DNA of 64,000 bases. Origin: Raillietiella orientalis (Eukaryota). Of this stretch, positions 27,765-41,200 are shown piece after piece (positions within the stretch are counted from its first letter, which is position 1; each line of letters opens with the position of its first letter). The position numbers and the translations under genes are program-made. The notes below the pieces were generated by a model. The model had not been told where the DNA came from. It ran no database searches and saw only the letters and a list, made by a program, of their open reading frames with translations. The stretch is taken from assembly GCA_036172245.1 (NCBI GenBank), contig JAYWIR010000028.1, positions 1,736,001 to 1,800,000 of the forward strand. Direction: 5' to 3'.

Positions 27765-30170
27765 GCATGGCACCACCACCAAGGAAGACCGGGAAAAGAT
27801 GCTCACATTTCCCCCAGAGGCTATAGAGGTGGGGGCGACCGCGCAACAGAATCGTTCCTCGCTCCAGCGAGAGCCTGGAATGCCGTGGCTGCGGCCCCCG
27901 TCGCTGGCGATCATGGTTGAACAGAAGACCTACCTTGAGGAGAACTGCAACCCAATCCTCCTCTACAAGGTGAGCAATCCCTGCAGTCTGGAGAGCGCGC
28001 ACACCTTCTCGAAGGCGATGTACGCTCACGGCAAGCAAGAGAAGCTTCTTGCGATGATCATCCGCTGAGGTGGTTTGCAAAGGGGCAAGCCTAGCTCAGC
28101 GCTTACTGCGCACCCCCGTTGCGATGAGAAGCAGAAGGCTCCTCCCGATAACGTAGGACCACTCGGTAGTGGTCCACCTTCTAGGAATCATCTACTCTTC
28201 TAGGAATCGCTACAGATGACCAAAGAGGCCGTCCGCAGTGAACTATCCAAACACGGAAAGGTCCACGCGCTGTGGGCAAAACCCTCTCCATCCGTGGAGC
28301 ATAGCGGACTTTCAGGGGGCCTCGCGGATCACCATACGCGAGGGCTGTGGGTTGCCCCACAAAATACAGGTAGCCGGGGAACAGGGGGACCTGTGGTACA
28401 TGGGGAAACTTGTGTACTGAGGCCATTGCGAGTGCTCGGGACACCTGAAAAAGAGGTGCCCGGGTGTACATTGGGCAATGTGGCAGCACGGGACACACCA
28501 GTAGGTGTGGCCATAAAGTACCGGCCGCGTCGCGTCTGCCAAAAGTAGAAAAAAGCGCGCGACCAGAAAATTAAAGAAACTGGCATCGGCGAAAGCCGCC
28601 ACACCTACCACCACGCCCCAGAGGAAGACCGCCTCGGAAACTCCGGCGAAAAATGCTGGAGCCACCGGGGAAAGCTGCCAGGAGCCTGGATGGCTGGTGG
28701 TAAAATCCAAAAAACAAAAGCAGGAGAAGAAAGAAAATAAGATGGCGAGGAGCAACGGGAATCCGCTGAGTACCGAAAAAAACAAACAGCTGCCGTGTGG
28801 TTGTTTCTTACCCAGTTGCGCCGGGACGTTTATTCGAAAATGAACCATCTGGGAACAAAGTCCCCGGGCAAAGGGACGAGCAGTTCAAGGGGAGGGCTCC
28901 CCGACACGCAGGTCGGGCATACTGAAAGTCCGGAATGGAAGGAAGGGAACAATAAATAAATACGAAAAGATATGGGAGGGTAGGTGACAGGGGTCTTTGG
29001 CTTCGGACGTTCCTTCTTTCCAGAACCGGCGCTGAATGCCGGAGATCTCCTTACTGGCTTCTTCGCTGATGTGAGGCCATCTGGAAGCCATCCTTATGTT
29101 GGAGACTGCAGTCCTAATGATCTCTGTTGGGGCTCTCGCGACTCCAATATGTGGTAGGCCATGACGATGGAGCGGATGCAACAGTTCGTTGCGATGACCA
29201 CACCTAGTGAGAGGCTGCCGCGCGTGAAGAACCGCCACATCACGTTGATGGCGGTGTAACTCTGGTGCAGGAGCACTGAAGGCAGCCTCTGCCACCCTCC
29301 TCGGAGGGCTCTGAGTCGAAGAGCAGGTGCGGGGAGCAATTCCACTGCTTCGCAACTTGCACAGTCCGGGAACGCAACTCCTCCGGAAACTGGGTTCGCG
29401 CGCTGATTGCAATGGAAGTTCCAACGCACTAGCAGAAGCGCGTCCTGTTTCCTCCGAAGGGGGAACACAGACGTGTCCACAAACGAGGAGGGGGCCACAA
29501 GTTTTTCGGGAGGGCCGTGCGGTCTTAGAACGCGTTCCCGAGATCGACCAGCGCGGCGCTGACAAACTCGTCGTTGCCACGCCACCCCCCGAGAAAGTTA
29601 GCGAGGAAGGGGAGCGAGGCGGAGGCGTCCGTCAGAAACGACATCGCTTTCGAGCGGGTGGCGGAAGAGTTCGCTGCCGCGACCCTCCAAGAGCGCGAAA
29701 AAGGCCCTGAGGCACCCGGTCTCTACGAAGGAGTCGGAGATCTCGAACTCCGAAGCGGAAGCCGGAAAAGCAACTTCCACCGCGGCTGCACCTAGCCTGA
29801 AGTCCGGACGAAAGTCCAAGACCCGGCAGAAGCGCATCGCCCCAGTCGAGGGGGAAGAGATCGCCTCCGGAAGCAAAGATGCGATGGGCGTGAGAACTCG
29901 GGGCTCGCGGCCCGAGAGAGTACCACGCTCCGAAGCGGAAGGGATGGAGGACGTGGAGGTCGTCCTGCGCCTCAGGTGTCCACCGTCGTCCCCGAAAGCA
30001 TCACGCTCGCTCAGGTAGCGGGTGCCGACACGTCACTTTCCCAGCACTGAGGACGGGAATCGCCTCTCGCCACCGTCTGAGGATTGCTTGCTGGAACGTC
30101 AACGGGCTACGCGACGACGGCAAGAGGCGTGATGTAGCCGCCACCCTACGGTGCTTCGACCTTGTCCATG
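27765..30170 (+). mobile_element. Tx1-like 5' half: ORF1 (gag-like, CCHC knuckle) and start of APE endonuclease, interrupted by an antisense copy
   Basis: EENCNPILLYKV..SELSKHGKVHAL..LPHKIQV..LWYMG..GHCECSGHLKKRCP, and LRIACWNVNGLRDDGKRR near 30078. Homologous to 58590-60520. Confidence 0.85.
28805..29570 (-). mobile_element. Tx1-like 3' fragment nested antisense in ORF1 of a related copy
   Basis: RWNFHCNQRANPVSGGVAFPDCASC..SRWPHISEEASKEISGIQRRFWK, then AATAAA and a hairpin at 28825-28811. Confidence 0.85.
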
Positions 30171-31681
30171 GGCTGCCTTCGGTGCCGTGCAGGCGGTTTT
30201 TTTTCCACATGCAAAGTCCGAGTCCAGGACAATCCTCAGAAACGGTTGGGGAGTGCTTTCCACCTCTTCCATTACTTCCAGGATTGGACGTTCGTGGTGC
30301 TGGAATCAGTTTCCGATTCGGGAACGGGTGCAGGGCACCTAGGCACGCGTTTCCCCAGTCGACCGCGAGAAACAGATCGCCTGGATCGTATTGCACTCCG
30401 GAGCCTCAAGAACGCCTTTCACAACAGCGATTGTTCCTCGCGTTTATTCGCACTTGACCTCCGGGACACGTCACAAGCGGGAGAAATCGGAACGCAGGTT
30501 CTAGGCGGCTGCTTCCGATGCTGGACCCCGTCCGGCCGGGAGTTGACCACGGCTCCTCTTATCGCAGTCGCTGGCTTACTGCACCCTCGGCGCTGCGTTC
30601 GGCGCTGGCCCGTGGCCCGCTCCTGCCAGCCCGAAGGAACTTCCCGCCGATCCCTTAGGCCATCGGGAGCGAAGAATTCAAGGAACCCATGTACACGCTT
30701 CAGTCCACGCACGTATCAAAACTCTCTTCTCGCTCAACGCTTCCTCCCCTTCACTGATGTGTCATCTGCTGCCGGGCAAAGAGAAAGCTGAGGCCACCAA
30801 CAGGAAGCATGCACTTTGAGATGCGGTCTCCCTCCAGCCACGGGAACACACTGCGGGTCTGCATTGACTCTGGAAGCAAAAACGGAACAGGATTGTCGAG
30901 GGATTGCCGAGAGCGAACGTTCGGAAGATGTTCCGAAAAGTCATTCACTCACGTCGATGAATCTCTTGTTTTTCAGCATGAATGGATACAGGATCCTCTT
31001 GTTCTTGCATAATACGGGCAATACGTGGTCGTAGCACTGCTGCTTCTGCCGACGGGCGCTGAAATGCAACGGGAGGAGTGCAAGCAACAAGAGGACGCTC
31101 ATTTTTTTTTCTTTTGCAAGCTGGAGAGGGAACGTTGACAATTCCCCCCCTCTTCGACTGGGAGCGCGGCGCTCGAAGGGAAAAAAGGAAAGACGTCAGC
31201 GAAAGAGGCAGCGAGTACGCCCACGCGTGAGCAGCATCCTTTACTTTTATCAATCACTGTTCTTAACATTCGTACCAGCTTTGAGGCTTCATCTTTTTGC
31301 GCCCTTATGGACACGTCCTCTTCAGATGTAAAGATCAACAGATTCGATCAGTCAGAACCCACTGCATCCGAGCGTTTAAATAATTGGATGGGAGGAGTCA
31401 AGGAAGGGTTTGATTAGTAATGACTACATTGATGAATTCCGCAATCGGATAGGAGTACTGTAACATCAGATAGGCAATAGGTGCCGTGCCGATGGCGCGT
31501 TACGACCTGGAGGCGGACGAGACGTCCGTCAGCGCTAGGCTGCCGGTGTGTGTCACCCCAGAGCATGCGCCATGGCCAAGCACGCGGTGCGTCGTGCAGT
31601 TTCTCTCTGAAGAGATGGAACGACGAAATAAAATAGAATAACTCTGAAAAATTCTGCAGGTGGAAGAGAGACGGTCTGCAA

Positions 31682-32213
31682 CAGCGATACCCAACCCAAC
31701 CTGCGGCCCGCGGGCCGCATGGGGGCTCGCCAAGCTCTTCTATGTGCGGCCCACATCCACAACCATCAAGCACTTTTCTTAAGCTCCTGATACTCAGACA
31801 GCAGTTTTTTGATAGAGGGCAAATCGCGAGCGGTTGGCACCCGCGCACACAGCGCCTCTCGCGGGTTGTTTGTTTCGTGATTCCGTGCAATGACGTTACG
31901 TACAGTCTCGCCTCTCGTACTTTCAAAGGTTAGTACGCGGAAAGAATACACTGCCTGCGCGCCCGGAACTCGCCACAATATTTAAAAAGGCATTTGTCTA
32001 CATCCATATCCTTAAGATTTTCTCGGCATAAAACATATGAATGTAAAAAAAAATTACACTGTGTTCAAATTTGCAGAATGAGTTAAAATGTATTAATGTA
32101 TAAACTGTTTTTTTACATGGTTATATTATAATATATAACGCACTATATGCAGCCCGCGTAATGTTGCAAACTTGTGTATGTGGCCCGAGGCGAAGAAAGG
32201 CTGAGTATCGGTG
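31682..32213. mobile_element. Non-autonomous hAT (Charlie-type) MITE
   Basis: Imperfect TIRs CAGCGATACCCAACC / GGCTGAGTATCGGTG (12/15). Subterminal GCGGCCCGCGGGCCGCAT and TGTGGCCC motifs are typical of Charlie-type hATs. AT-rich core. An 8-bp TSD is not convincing. Confidence 0.65.
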
Positions 32214-35200
32214 GTGCGGAGCGAGCTGGCTTTCAGTGAGCCCGATTCAGGTCAACGTCACAAGGCGGGAGTCACGTGACACGAGGAACCCGCAAAATTC
32301 AAAATGAAAATTCATTCGCTCTGTGGGCTTTGAGAGGGGACGTCAAGAAACCCATTCTAGGACCACATAAAGCAATGTCGTCATTACCAGCAGTGTTTCA
32401 TGCCTTGAGGGCTGAAGTCCTGAGCAGTGGTCTCAATAAAGTCGATCAGGCACATGTACGCCTTGCCCATGGAAGATCTCAAGCACTCCTCATGCTCTGT
32501 GTATTCGTATTCTGAAAGAATAAATTTTTCATTTCACTTCCTGACGTGCAAACGGTGCAAGGCGCGTTTTTCGAGATCTGGGAACAGAGAGGGACAGATC
32601 TAGAATTTGAAAAGGGTTCGGCCGAACTGGATGGAAGCAAACGTCGCTTCTGTCCCAGACGAGGCTCCCAGCCTTTCCCTTTGAACGCCTCATCACCAAC
32701 CTCGTCCTGTGAAGACTCAAACGAGGGGGTGCTGTTTCCTGATCACCTCAAGGATGTTCGGGAATGACTTGTTTCGCGGAAAAATTGGTCCGATGCACGT
32801 CTTGTGCAGATGTTAGCTGCGTTCTGTAGAGTTTTCCGTTCTTCTAGCTTCCGGGTGTTTCTTGAAGGCGCCAGGAAGAAATGGGGAAAGAAAGGACACT
32901 TGGTGGTTGGAATTTCAGAAGCTGGAATCTCAAAGTGTGAATTTCGGGATCAAGCGGTGAATAAATTCTTCCGGGACTGAAGCCTAGTGTCCTAGACGCG
33001 CCACGACCTTCGAAAGCAGGTCAAGAATTTCATTCTTCGGAGACTCTCAGAGACGAGTTACGTCCTCAGCATAGGCTGCTCGTTCGTCACGTGGGAAAGG
33101 CCTGAGAACAGAAAACGGGTGGGCAATCCCAGGGTCCTTGCAGTGTATTGGCGACGTGAAATTTCAGTCCATTCTGCACGGAATGGCAATTTTTACGACA
33201 TTCCCAGCTCGGGAAAGATCGAATGCAGCATGCAACGTACAGGAGTTCTGTTCTGATAGATGCATCTATAGCACTATTGAAACCTTGATATCTTGCATGT
33301 TCGGTACGTTAGCGTCATGCGTGTATAAAAGCCATGCTCGCATGTGCTATCGCCCGTACGTTTCATTGCGTACATAGCACCACATGGTGCAACATTGGCC
33401 ATGCGCACATTACGATCCTCATTTACAGCAGCAGCATACGTGTCTTTGATATTGTTTCTCTTTGTACCTATTACGTGTTTGGCGTTGGTATTTCTGAATC
33501 ATCTGCAAAGCTCGCTGGGGTTTATCTGAAAGTTCCAGCATCCCCTTTTCTGAGGAGGCGGAGAAAATTTCTCCAAGATTCCCGGAATGGCGTTGGCTCG
33601 ATGAAGCAACAAATGGCAGGCTCCGTAACACTTGGACCGAATTCTTGTCTTCACCTTCCCCACTACTTTACCTTTCCTCCCCCGCGGCTTCTCCCTAGCA
33701 AAAGCTCTCCTACTGATCGTGGTGGATCCCAAGGAATTCTTCGCAATGCTTTGTCCAGCCCCGAATCCAGAACGACTGGAATGAGCTGGAACAGTTTCTT
33801 TCTTTCAAGAAGGTACACAGAGGATGGAAGCATCCCTGGATGCTAAAGACCATCTTTTCCAGGGAGCATTGCGATCGTTGCGAATGTGTCAAGTTTAAAG
33901 ATCCGAGTTCGAAGTCGTTCATTCTACGGAGTCACTGTTTTCGATCCGGTCTTGACCTTCTGTTGGGTTTCGTCAACGGATTCTCATTCCACAGCTAGTT
34001 AAAATCCAATCTTTCTTTCTTTTTAGTGAGACATTCTACATGAATTCTACAGGAGGCAAAATACTGACCACGAATGAATTCCTCAAGCTCGCAAAAATGC
34101 TCCTGGTGCTCTTTGGTATCCTCGGTCTGCAAGAGGATTTTTTTGAGATGAGGACAGAGCTCGGAAGCCCTGATCAAGCAATCTGTCGCATCCAAAAGTG
34201 TCCTGAGAAATGAAAAGAATCTAGAGAAAACAGGAGGTGATCATCCTGCTGGATTCAGAATTAAATTTCGCATTTTCAGAAAGCTTTCGGCAAATTTCTG
34301 CATCCTTTTTCTTAACAACCAAAGCTACCTTTTGGAACAACAACAGCAAAAGAAGAGAAAAACAATTATCGCTTAAGTGGAATGCCATTACCCAGCGATC
34401 TCGAAGCCCACTTCAGAGTCGCTTAGGGCTGTTCGGTAGGAGGAAGAGACTTTCTTCCGCATACTGAAAAACATCCCGCATCTCCTCGACGGGATGATTC
34501 TAAGAAAACAACGTTGCTCTTTAGGGGAACGCCTGTCATCCTAGGTTCACTTCTGCCGTTCGTTTCTACTTGTGTCAGAAAAAAAATCTCCTTCTTTGCC
34601 TTCACAGAACACTTCATCTCTCCCAGCCGGCCCCAACCAGCTCTTCTACGGCTGCTCCCCATAATCGCTCTCAGAAGAAATAGGGGCGAAACCTATTCGA
34701 TGCGGCTACCACCATCGATCAGATCGATCCAATTCATCCCTCTCAGCCGCCGATCGCAATTTCGCTCCTCTGCGCCGCTTTAGCCGCCGAACAGATGTCC
34801 TCTAGAAGGAGGTTACTCAAGTTACAGAAGGCCACACATCCACCGGCTACCACCCGTCGCCAATTCTATCTGAAACCCTGCGCTGTCCTGCAAGCCATGA
34901 AATTCCGCGTACAACAACATCCGACTGTCTGGAAACCGTTCCCTGCCACTCTCGTGGATCTTTCTGGGCGAGCTATCTGATCTACCGGAGATTTGGGGAA
35001 CCACCGCCCTGCAATCAGGAATCTTTAAAAAGAAAGGTAAGCGAGAAGGCCTCCTTGTTTTGCTCTTTCGAGGAACATTCTTTCTGAGACATTCGAGGAG
35101 TTCCTTGGCAGTCACCGGGAATCTCAGATCTTAGGATGAGACCCAAAGATTCACGAAAAGCTTCGTACCTACAGCTTTGTTGGATGCTCCTTATGAAGTC

Positions 35201-38200
35201 TTCTCTGGTATAAGAGTTAGGCAAGAGCTTGTTCGTCTTCTTCCAGCTGTCGGCGTACAAAACGCACCTCTCCAAGATTTCATTGGTACAGTTCTGGTTT
35301 CGGGCCGTGGTGAGGACATCTGATTGGTCGGGGAGTGGGAAAACGGAAATGATGAGGATGGCCAGCTCTGCCAACATGAAGCCCGGTCAGACTTCTGGAA
35401 AGCAATGGAATAAATAAAACTCCCTCGAAAGCATCTCGGAGCAGCAGTGCCGGCAACGGCGGGCAGATTGCCGCACAGAGGAAGGTTCTTGGAGTGTTTC
35501 ACCGGGGCATGCCGCGGAGGGATAGCCGCGTTCTTTCCCATCCGTGGAGCCCGTCATCGTTTGGTCCTTCCTAATGGATTGGATCCGGGCGTCCGTCTCC
35601 TTCCCTCTCCTCCCCCTAAGCATCGGCACTCAGATTCGTCGCGGAGTCTCAGTCGCTACGTCGAGAACTAAGGCTCTTTCTCGGGAGGCGACCGAGCTGC
35701 AGGCCTCCCGGTCTCTCTGCTTGCACCTCATTTGCTGTTGCTAGCTTTGAGGAGCTTGAAGCTTCCCTTCTCAGTTTGTCTCACCCCCTCCCCTCTCTCA
35801 TCCACCCCCATGCATGAAGGCATTTTTTCCCCCTCTTCTTTTTCCCTTTGAGTTTCCCTTTCTTCTTGAAAGAAGACTGTGCTCGAAAGAATCCGCTGAG
35901 ACGAAGATGCAGCACGACCACTGCAGCACACCAGTTCCATATCTTCCTATTTTCTCCTGTTCCGGCTCTTTCCGGTGCTGTATTTTCCGGTGTTTCTTGA
36001 ATCCCGAGAAGCTTTTCCCTGATGTCTGCTTCTTTGCTTCCTTCCGCGCCAGCCTCACAGTTCACTGCTTCTCTCATTCCATCAAGAGGGTTATGGGTGA
36101 AGAGGGATGCTCATATCTCCAGCTCGTTCGTGATAACGCAAGAAACCACGCGCCGTACAACGCCAACATGACGACGAAGCTCTTTACACATCTCGGTACC
36201 TATCGATCGGTACACAACCTGGAAAGAGCTGTCTTGCATATCCTCTCATCGTCATCAGCCCTAGCATCCAAAGGAAAAAAAAAAAATCAAGAATCTGGAG
36301 CAGTTTTTAGAATTTTTGCTTTCCGTCCTACCCGAGCTCTCTCTCAACAGAGGAAAAAAACACTCGCAGGCACACAATTCCTCTAGGGGAGAAGATCACC
36401 TTCGTTTCGAAACCTGGAATTCCGTTTTTGTTGCTACCTTCGTCAGGAATGCATCTTCTCCGAAGATCTGTTCCTCGCTAGATTTCTCACTGAAGGGGAA
36501 GTCGGAAACAACTGGAACCGTAAATGTTTGCTCTGCTTCCATGATACATTAGGAACGAGGATTTCTTGAGGAACCCGAAGGAGCAGAAACCTCAGGGACG
36601 GGCTAAGGCAATGCAGTGGATTCCGGTCATTCGCTCAGTCAGGAGGCGGTGTTCATCGGGAGACAGTCTGTAAGCACGAGACTCAATCGACAAACAGTCC
36701 GGATCCTCTTCGCTTATTTAGAGGACGCCACGCCCTTTCATCGGGACGGAAACCTGGAGCATTCAGCATCACCCTCACTCTCACAAGAGAGCTCAGATAA
36801 CGTCCGAGATTTTCAAGATCGGTCTGACGAGCTGGAGCGGAATGCCACAAGGGAAATAGAAAAGTTCTGCTGCTTCCTGACAAGCATAGGACACATTGTG
36901 ATCCAGGATGCTTGAAAAAAACATCCAGCAGGACTTCCTGCCTGACAACCCAGTATCCTTGACGTAGGCAACGGGTACAGGAACCGTCATCAATCAGTTG
37001 TACCACGGAAAATTGTTGGATTATAATATTTTTGAAGCCGCTGAAGAGAACCTACCGACACCTTCTTCGGCAGGCAGCAAAGCGAGTGCAGGAGTTTCGT
37101 TCTCGGTCAGTCCAACCTGTCAACTATATTTGGAGAGAAAGCCAGAAGATCTGGAACTGCGCTTGCAACTTGCAGCCTTGGAGAATTCAGGAACATCCAA
37201 GGGCTAGGCGTCTTAAAAACTGCAGCCTACAGGCGAGCTACAGAGAACTTGAAGGTATCCACGAGTGGCTACCAGGATGCGGGGAAATTCGTCGTTGGCT
37301 CCTCCGCGGAAGGTGACGAAGATGGTCCAGAGATCATTTTCTTCACCGGATGTCTGTGCCGATTTTGCTCACCTGCAGGCAGTCAACGACAGGGTACGCT
37401 GGATAGATTTCTCCTTGGATGATTCTTAGAAAAAGTATAGTAAGCAGTCTGTTATACATCAGATATTTCCCTCCGATCTGTTGAGCAATTTGTCCTAATA
37501 ACTTCAGACAGGACCCAAGGGACAAGTGCCGTACTCTCGAGCAAGGCTGCAATGGACATCCATATGGACAATTCAAGGGCAACAAAAGCAGTCTAGTAAG
37601 AGGAACGTTTGAACATGGACAATCTGCTGGTGCTTGTCCTGTAATCCCCTTGAAGGCATCGCATCTTTCGCGGTGAAATCTAGCTTCATCTTTTCGAAGC
37701 ATCTTTTCATCCCTCACTTTTGGACAGCCGCTCGGGCTTGCTCAGAATCGTGCTTTGGCAGAATCGCAATGAATCCAACGCTCCCCTCCAATAATCAGAA
37801 TTCATTGTATTTGAAAGACAGAGCTTTCACAACTCCTATCAAAAGAATCCCACGTGAATCGGGGAGGCCAAAAGCCTCTTGCCATTTATCTGGAGCAAAA
37901 ATCCCATACCTGCGTCTCATGGGGTGGAAGAGAGATGATGGTAATGGTGGGAATGGCTCAGAACACGATTCATAGCTATAGAGTGTTAGGGAACTACAAT
38001 AACCTGATAGATTGCAGCTACAGTAATCTGCAGCTGCTATGTTTAAATTTATGGATTTCACATTCCAAGTAGAAACTTTTTATGGCTATGAAATTCTCTT
38101 CGAATTTACGAGCAGAGTTATGAAAAACTAGCGATATTTTTCGTGAAGAGGAGGATGCTTGGCTGGAAGGGCGGTTCCTCCACGCATCTCCACTGCAGCA

Positions 38201-41200
38201 TTGCCAGGAACCGGAAAACTTTGAAACTTCTGCCTTCAAGAAAACTCTTTCCTTCTGCAGAAAGGCAAGCATAGCTCTTGTCTACTTCGAGAGCATCTGC
38301 CAGCAAAGCACGGGATCTCCGCTTTCCTCCCAGTAACGGCAAGAAGTGCAAATGCCGTTCGCACTTGCCTCTGCAGAACACATAGAGGTGAGCACCTAGA
38401 GGTGCTCCGCGCCCACCAATGGATCTGAGCACGTGATCCCTTCGACAAACCACGTGCATATTCCAGTAGGGCCCACTCTTCCCTGAAGGGCGAACGCATC
38501 TCAGGAAGCGTTAATGGTCTGGGCTTCGTGTTGGAGCTCATGCCCGCTCTGAATTTAGCCTTTGGGCATGGCACCCCACGCATTCAGAGGCGGAAGACGC
38601 TTGCGCCTCTTGCAAATGTTGAAGTTTCACTTTTTAGCAGTGCCGCGAACCCACACGAAATCCAAGTGGATGGCCTCAGTTCTCCCTAAGCTTTATATAG
38701 AGAACTGCATGAAGGCAAACGGATGGATGAATCCATAATAATAAGTTCTCTCATGAATGAAGAAGACACATTCTCCTCTTTTCAGACATCTGTACAATTC
38801 GAACGCACCCATTAGATACTCCACTCGGAACTTTCCAAGAAGTATCTTGGTGATTTTCGTATAGATATGTAATATAGGTAATGGCCTTATTGATCACAGA
38901 AAGTCACAGAGAAACTCCAATTTTTTAAGTTTTACATTATGGAGGGCACTATTCATCGATCAGTATTTGCTCATCCGTGGCCTTGCTGTAAAGTGGCCTA
39001 CCTCCAGCTACTCCACTGAATTTCTTAGATTGGGATCCATTTTGAAAACCGCTGTCACACCCAATTATCGAAAGATCAATCAAATCGCTGCAAAGTCGCA
39101 AACCGATTCGGTATTTGGCATCTTTCTCGAAAAGATTTTCAAGAAAAAAAAAAACGTGCAGGACGCCGATGAAAACGAAAAGGGGCAAATTTTTCCTCAT
39201 CCCAATTCGATGTTTCCTGGGGCCAGACGATCTCCGTGGAGACACGAGGATTCCGCATCAATGGGAGACTGCCCAACACCGATATGGAAACTCAAGTGTC
39301 CATGAATTCAAGAGGTGCACAGATAAAGAATTGGGCTCCCAGTGCAAAGAGCATCCGGGTAATTCGAAACTTGATTTGGATGCTCATGTTTGGATCTAAT
39401 CTCTTTAGTCCTCAAGCAGTCAGTTCGAAGAGCTGCTTAAGAAATGAGAGGAGGAAAGGAAGGCGAAAAAAAAAACCAAAAATGAAATGATTAGCATACT
39501 AATCCGATTGTGTGGAACCAGCAGAAATCCACGAAAACAGGGAAGCATGCTCTTACTCATTCCTTGAAAGACCGTGCCCAGTTTCCTAAATCAATTATGA
39601 GCTCACATTTTCCTTTTCGGTACTCGAATCTCGAATTGAGATTCCGAAATCTCTCGGGACGCATCTTGGGGCCATAGGTTAGCATGCAGAGATCCTGGAA
39701 TGCAAACACGGGATTTCGTTGATTCTCCACGGAACGAGGTTTGGTCCGGAACAAGTACGTACGTATGTTTTTTGATTAGGTCAGACTTTTTCGAATGAGT
39801 TAAGCCCCGAGGTCGGAGATTGCAGTCTTTGATCGGATGAGGAGCGCTTCCAGAGCGCAGGCTGCAAAGCGCATCCAAAACACATTCGCAGCATTTAGCA
39901 AAATTGGACACTGTGGGAACGAACTGCGAAATGGGCAGGCGTCGAATTTCCCAAGCAGATGAGCGCATTCATACACATAATGGCTTTGCTGAGGCAGGAA
40001 ATTCTTGCTGAAGACGATCCCTGCCGAAGGAACGCCTGCCACTCCATAGACGACAGCAATTTAATTCGAACTCGGCATGTAAAAATCGAAATCATGAAAA
40101 TTAAAATTGAAACTGTTAATGACGCTGGCAGCGGCGGTCAGGCTTGCTCGGAATGGTCACAGGAAAGTGCTTCAAATGGTCACGGGAAAGTGTGTGTCTT
40201 AAACGAGTTTGCACGGGAAGGCGTCAGGGATTACTTTCAAGAGAAGGCTGCCTTCTTGCGTTCACTTTGAAAAATCGAATTGCATTAAATAATCTGAAGG
40301 CTAACGTGTGGATCCCTAAATTCACAACACCAATAAGGACAAATCAAATTCTGGATTGGCTGTTTCTTCTCTTGACTGTTGTTCCTTGCCACAGATTCTC
40401 CGCTGAAGGCCTCACTATAAACGGATCCAATGGGATCTCATGAATCGGCCACGATTTTCTTACTTCGACCTGCACTTCCTGGAAAGACATGCGAAGAGTT
40501 GAAAACCAACCGGAAGAAAAATGGATAATTCCAAACATGGTAGAAGGTGTTCATTCGAAACAGTTTCGACACATCCAGAGATCAGAAATGAGAGATGGAG
40601 GATTCTTCAGCATGAGACATTCATGCCATTTTTGAACGGTGGCAGTGGTCCACCATGGCGGGTCCACCGGTGAAAGGCTCCGTGTCCCATCAACACTACT
40701 GCCCCAGGCAGGACTAGGGAACCGAACTTTTGTGACCAGGGATTCCATCTTTTGCTTTTGCTAGGCACCTCACGTGAAGCGATCAGAAAGCAAAGGCTTT
40801 CCCAAGTATCAAGCAGAATAATGAGCGGATGCAGAATGAGAGGCTCGACGAGTATGGACCCAAATTTCAGTTCATAGCTGATCGAACGCAAGATGATGCG
40901 CTCTGAACCTCTGAAGGTCCCCTCCTTCTCTCCTGCCAACGATTGGTGAGCAGCCTGATTTCCGGGAGATGAAAAGGAAGGTTGGCTCAATGCAGGTCCG
41001 TCGGATACTGTATTGAGCTGTTGGAATCCGTCTGTGCTGCGTTTGATACCTCTCGTGTTCAGCAGATTTCATTTGTCACGTGATCGCCTTTATTCAGCTC
41101 ACAGGAACAAAAAGCTGAAGGAAAGGAAGAATTATGGATTTGGAACAGGGAAGAAGTCGAGGCATAAATCCTCTGGGATCCGAAAACTTGGGCAGGAGAG

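Noticed and set aside
30385..30465. bHLH basic region (RRSSANKRE..KAFLRLRSAI, minus strand)
   Set aside because: Spacing is wrong, there is an internal stop and no second helix.
36820..36850. Hammerhead ribozyme core (CTGACGAG)
   Set aside because: No stem II followed by GAAA. The other CTGAYGA sites I checked also fail.
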